A stretch of 10,316 nt of DNA, taken from positions 1 to 10,316 of the forward strand of contig CAYJVT010000027.1 of the NCBI GenBank assembly GCA_964373695.1. The letters run 5' to 3'. This stretch comes from an uncultured archaeon. GTDB taxonomy: Archaea; Aenigmatarchaeota; Aenigmatarchaeia; GW2011-AR5. Below, one piece after another: positions 7,259 to 10,316 of the stretch. How positions within the stretch are numbered: position 1 is the stretch's first letter; every line of letters begins with the position of its first letter. The position numbers and the translations under genes are program-made. Below the pieces are notes generated by a model that saw only the letters and a program-made list of their open reading frames with translations, ran no database searches and was not told the DNA's origin.

Positions 7259-7792
7259 TTAAGGAGTCCTAAAGTAACAGCTTGAGCGTAATCCCTTGCC
7301 ATTTAAATGATGGCCTGCATGATGGATTAACCAGATGGAAACTGTCCCGAAGTGGACCCAGGCGAAACCATTGTTCTGGTGATTAGGCCAGAGACCTCCA
7401 GTGGGAAGAGTAGACCCCGTGGAGCTTTACTGCAGTTTGTTGTTGTAGTATGGAAGGGACTGTAGAGCGTAGGTAGGAGGTGTCGAAGCTTTCTCGCAAG
7501 AGAGAGTGGAGCCAACAATGTAACACTACCCTTTTTCATCTATACTGCTTATACCGAAAGGTAGACATCAACAGATAGGCAGTTTGACTGGGGCGGTACG
7601 CCTTTGAAAAGATATCAAAGGCCCTCTAAGCTCGACTCATTCCGGTCAGAAATCGGAAGGAAGAGTGCAAACGCAAAAGTCGGGTTGATTGGACTCTTAA
7701 CATAATAGTGTCCAACCGCGAAAGCGTGAGTTAGCGAGACGCAGTTCGGCCTAGATGGCTGTCTGTGGTATGAGAAAAGCTACCCCGGGGAT

Positions 7793-8390
7793 AGATCTAT
7801 AAGCGTCTGTTAATAAATCAAGTTGATGCTGGAGAAAGGATTTGTCTTTGGAGCAAGCTATGACGGAATTGTCTATCACCGTGAAGAGAAAAATGAATAT
7901 GGCTTAGAAATAGACCAGAAATCTCTTTTATGGTTGAAGATAGTTCAAAAATACTTGCAGAAAGCTTATCGTAAAAACTCTAAGATTAGAAAAACAAAAA
8001 GAGGTTACTTTAGATTGAATGTATATTCTAAAGATCTTTATAACGAACTAAAAAAACTTCACGAAAATCCGCATTTAATCTTAGAGCAAAACGAAAAATT
8101 TCAGATAGGTTTTCTTCAAGGGATCTTTGATGCTCAAGGTAGTATTCGTTTCGAAAGAAGGCATATTACCGTGAGTTCAAATGAACCGAAAACAGCAGAG
8201 ATTGTCATTAGATTGCTTGAAAAGAATTGTATAAAAACTGGAAAACCATTCAAAGACAAAAATAACGTTATAAGTATCCCTTTCTACGGAAAAAACAATA
8301 TGTTAAAATTTAGTCGAATTATAAATTTTCGTCATCCAGAAAAGAAAGAGAGACTTGATTTGTTATTAAAATCGCTTGTAAATCCCCTAT
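7793..8390 (+). mobile_element. 598-nt BHB intron in 23S (after ~U2449) encoding a homing endonuclease
   Basis: Central helix GGGG 7787-7790/CCCT 8385-8388; bulges ATA and ATA; inner stem 7794-7805/8373-8384. Splicing gives CCGGGGAT|AATGGTGTCGT. No group I core elements are present. Confidence 0.94.
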
Positions 8391-8392
8391 AA
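7826..8392 (+). CDS. Double-motif LAGLIDADG homing endonuclease; second motif has Q in place of the acidic residue
   Basis: Motif 1 FVFGASYDGIV; motif 2 FLQGIFDAQGSI; C-terminal I.FRHPEK..RL typical of the family. Start is ATG 7826 or TTG 7823. Confidence 0.9.
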   Translation: MLEKGFVFGASYDGIVYHREEKNEYGLEIDQKSLLWLKIVQKYLQKAYRKNSKIRKTKRGYFRLNVYSKDLYNELKKLHENPHLILEQNEKFQIGFLQGIFDAQGSIRFERRHITVSSNEPKTAEIVIRLLEKNCIKTGKPFKDKNNVISIPFYGKNNMLKFSRIINFRHPEKKERLDLLLKSLVNPL

Positions 8393-8418
8393 TGGTGTCG
8401 TAGCGGGCGAGAGTTCTT

Positions 8419-8626
8419 GTCCGTATTCTTCGACATTACGGGGTTTGTAAAATATTAACCTCGGTGTCTACAAAGTACCACCAACATCGTATTACCCTCA
8501 ACTGTTAGAGTGAGCAACGAATGATTAACGCACTTCGTGCGTTGGTCTGCTTTTCCGTGAAAAACAGCGTTAGTAATACGATAAAGGTCTTTGCAGACAT
8601 AGACAAACGAAGAATCCGGAGGACAA
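8419..8626 (+). other. 208-nt ORF-less BHB intron in 23S H89 (after ~U2477)
   Basis: Central helix GTTC 8413-8416/GGAC 8621-8624; bulges TTG and AAA; inner stem 8420-8432/8608-8620; outer GA/TC. Splicing restores GAGAGTTCTT|ATCGACCCC. Confidence 0.93.
8523..8550 (+). repeat. Hairpin family B copy inside a BHB intron
   Basis: GATT-AACGCAC-TTC-GTGCGTT-GGTCTGC. Confidence 0.8.
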
Positions 8627-9066
8627 ATCGACCCCGCGTGTTGCGGCGTCGCTGTCGGCTGGCCCTCTCCTGGCTGTGCAGCAGCAGCCAAGGGTGCTGG
8701 AGTTCACAGATTAAAAGGGCACCTTAGCTGGGTTCAGAACGGTGTGAGCCAGTTTGGTCTATATCTGCTGGAGGTGTCATTGCCTGAGGGAAAAGAAGGA
8801 TAAGTACGAAAGGAACATCCTTCTGCGGCCTCTTGTGTACCAGTTGTCCGACAGGGCAGCGCTGGGTAGCTACGCCGTACGCCGATTAGAGCTGAAGGCA
8901 TCTAAGCTCGAAGCGGCTCTCGAAAATAGGCAATCGGTGCTGGCAAGACGACCAGTCATGGAACAGGGGTGTAATTACCAAGCTTCGGCGAGGTATTCAG
9001 CCCATTGTCTCCTAAACCAATGCTAACCTTTAACGTTGGGAAGCAAAGAGGATTGATGCAAAAGCT

Positions 9067-9093
9067 GATAGACGCACAAAGTGCGTCAGTTTG
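9067..9093 (+). repeat. Degenerate hairpin family B copy downstream of 23S
   Basis: GATA-GACGCAC-AAA-GTGCGTC-AGTTTG. Confidence 0.55.
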
Positions 9094-9220
9094 TTTTTGC
9101 ATTGTTCTGAATACTTCCCTCGAGAAATCGACCGGACCTGAAAATTGCATTTTCATAAGTAAAATGGCTATAGTGCTCCAAGAAAACAATCATAATTATT
9201 AGTTTTCTTTGGCACTATAT

Positions 9221-9262
9221 GTGAACCAAATAAGTTATATCCTGTTTATTTATTTGGTTCAC
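9221..9262. repeat. Perfect 13-bp inverted repeat with a 16-nt spacer
   Basis: GTGAACCAAATAA (9221-9233) / TTATTTGGTTCAC (9250-9262). Confidence 0.85.
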
Positions 9263-9350
9263 CATAGATGAACCTATGCAGAATTAACTATCTACTGGTC
9301 ATAAACATCCCACTAAAAACCCACTTTTCTATATTATATTCCAACCCATA

Positions 9351-9364
9351 GAAAAGTTTATATA
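9351..9364 (+). promoter_or_regulatory. Putative archaeal BRE + TATA promoter
   Basis: GAAAAG-TTTATATA, upstream of the small ORF at 9453; overlapped by a 10-bp inverted repeat (9323-9332/9348-9357). Confidence 0.6.
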
Positions 9365-9452
9365 TAGTCCAGAACATATAAGGAATCTGATTTGATGGCC
9401 TTTTACTGCAAATTTTTATTGGTCAACTTTAGCGTCTTGGGGTGTGTGTCGA

Positions 9453-9551
9453 ATGAAGAAAAAGCTACACAACTGCGGTAACGGCTTCAGGGGCTATGTA
9501 ATCAGAGCCAGGGGCATATCGTTCTGCGGTTTCTGCGGCAAAGAAGCATAG
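9453..9551 (+). CDS. Putative 32-aa Cys/His micro-protein (Zn-finger-like)
   Basis: MKKKLHNCGNGFRGYVIRARGISFCGFCGKEA*; HxC...CxxC pattern; SD GGGGTG at 9439-9444. Below the ORF-track cutoff. Confidence 0.5.
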   Translation: MKKKLHNCGNGFRGYVIRARGISFCGFCGKEA

Positions 9552-9553
9552 AT

Positions 9554-9853
9554 ATGACGGATACAGCCGGCAGAGAAGGCTATGACGCCGGGTATCTTGA
9601 GCAAGATTTATTAGCTTGTTCTCCAATACTTTCTTGTGACCTGCCACTTGACCGCCCCTGGCGGACTCTGCAGGAAGGCCGGATGCCCTCTAGCAGGGAC
9701 ATCCTGACGAACTTCGGAACTACCGGGGAGGAAGCTCTGCCCACCCTTCCGCAAGGAGATGTGCGCGCACGGGCGCCTGGCAGGAATGCCAGACATCGGA
9801 AACAGAAACGACACCGGCTGCATACCGAGAACGGCTCATGCCGTTATAGATGA
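9554..9853 (+). CDS. Hypothetical protein (doubtful)
   Basis: ATG 2 nt after the previous stop, as expected in an operon. No recognisable domain, and the C-terminal half looks like off-frame sequence. Confidence 0.25.
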   Translation: MTDTAGREGYDAGYLEQDLLACSPILSCDLPLDRPWRTLQEGRMPSSRDILTNFGTTGEEALPTLPQGDVRARAPGRNARHRKQKRHRLHTENGSCRYR

Positions 9854-10023
9854 GGAATGCCTATCAGGCGAAAGCCTGAGGCCGGATTAAACGGTCCATG
9901 TGCACAGGGTGCAAGGCTACAAGCCGCATAGACGAATGTCAAGAAGCCTGTTCGTGACGTGCTGACATGAGAAGTATAGCTTCCTATGCTTACAGCACCG
10001 AGTGAAGGCTAACAGAAGGCAGG

Positions 10024-10316
10024 CTATGGCAGGTCACCATCATGTTCAAGGAAGGTGATTCCACCTTCTTTTATTATTTCTCCCAGCTCGTGCTCCAAAA
10101 AGTCACGGACGCTAGGCCTTTCCATGAGCTTGTCCATCACGCTGTCTGTCAGCCTTCTTTTCTCCTCGATTTCCATGACTGTTTTCAGATCAAGAGGCAT
10201 CCAGCATTTCTGGCAGACCTTGAAAGTAGCCGGGTTCACTTTTCCGCAGCGCGGGCAGTCTTTTGGCCTGAGCGTGCCGTTGTCTTTAGGCTCGGCGCAT
10301 TCATGCAACAGCCTCT
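10024..10316 (-). CDS. C-terminal Zn-ribbon region of a probable archaeal tyrosine recombinase/integrase (5' part outside window)
   Basis: PKDCPRCGKVNPATFKVCQKCWMPLD followed by a helical tail MEIEEKRR..D..MDKLME.P.VR..L, the tail I recall from archaeal XerC/D-like integrases. The frame is open to the window edge (..RLLHEC). The catalytic domain is not visible. Confidence 0.65.
   Translation of the reverse strand, partial: RLLHECAEPKDNGTLRPKDCPRCGKVNPATFKVCQKCWMPLDLKTVMEIEEKRRLTDSVMDKLMERPSVRDFLEHELGEIIKEGGITFLEHDGDLP

Larger units (their letters stand above)
6508..7284 (+). mobile_element. 777-nt group I intron at 23S L1931 with a homing endonuclease ORF in the P6 loop
   Basis: The 5' exon ends CTTAAGGT; P1 TAAGGT/GCCTTA (6518-6523) has the U.G pair. 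P3 TTTGGCT/AGCCAAA; P element TGCTGGAA; Q element AATCAGCAGG; R element CAGAGACTA; S element AAGATATAGTCC; P9 hairpins with GTAA and GAAA loops; terminal G7284 precedes exon AGCGTAA. Confidence 0.96.
3040..9028 (+). rRNA. rrl: 23S rRNA, complete, interrupted by 9 introns (spliced length ~2880 nt)
   Basis: Helix 1 GTTAGC 3041-3046/GCTAAC 9022-9027; conserved blocks GGCGGATGGCT, GACCCGAAACC, TTAGAAGCAGCC, GGGAACTCGGCAAA, CTTAAGGTAGC, GACTGGGGCGG (P-loop), GGGGATAA, GCTGGGTTCAGAACG, AGTACGA.AGGAAC (SRL). Exon lengths match E. coli spacing once the introns are removed. Ends are approximate. Confidence 0.99.

Noticed and set aside
8419-8626. Possible second group I intron (shares a hairpin with the L1931 intron)
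   Set aside because: No P/Q/R/S core or terminal G, and the junctions form a canonical BHB.
3019-9202. Many 60-130 aa ORFs overlapping 23S exons or antisense to intron ORFs
   Set aside because: They lie in conserved rRNA or opposite the endonuclease genes and show no protein-like motifs.
9029-9450. Expected 5S rRNA downstream of 23S
   Set aside because: No 5S-like sequence is present. Unlinked 5S genes are common in archaea, so the absence is not notable.

Overview
Archaeal ribosomal RNA locus on the + strand, probably from an uncultured DPANN-like lineage (inferred from the divergent rRNA). It contains the 3' end of 16S rRNA (1-632), two protein genes (malic enzyme and an AHSA1/SRPBCC-domain protein), an intron-containing tRNA-Ala(UGC), and a complete 23S rRNA gene (~3040-9028). 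After the 23S come an AT-rich region with inverted repeats, small ORFs, and the C-terminal Zn-ribbon tail of a probable tyrosine recombinase running off the right edge. The RNA genes carry 13 introns. Twelve have bulge-helix-bulge (BHB) junctions whose predicted cuts restore the canonical RNA sequence: 3 in 16S, 1 in the tRNA and 8 in 23S. The thirteenth is a group I intron at L1931. Four introns carry ORFs: three LAGLIDADG endonucleases and one HTH-only protein. Two introns' ORFs would terminate across or just after the junction of the circularised intron. Two families of short dispersed hairpins recur only in introns and spacers. The spliced 23S has many substitutions at normally near-invariant peptidyl-transferase-centre positions. 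E. coli position numbers come from manual alignment from memory and may be off by 1-2 nt.
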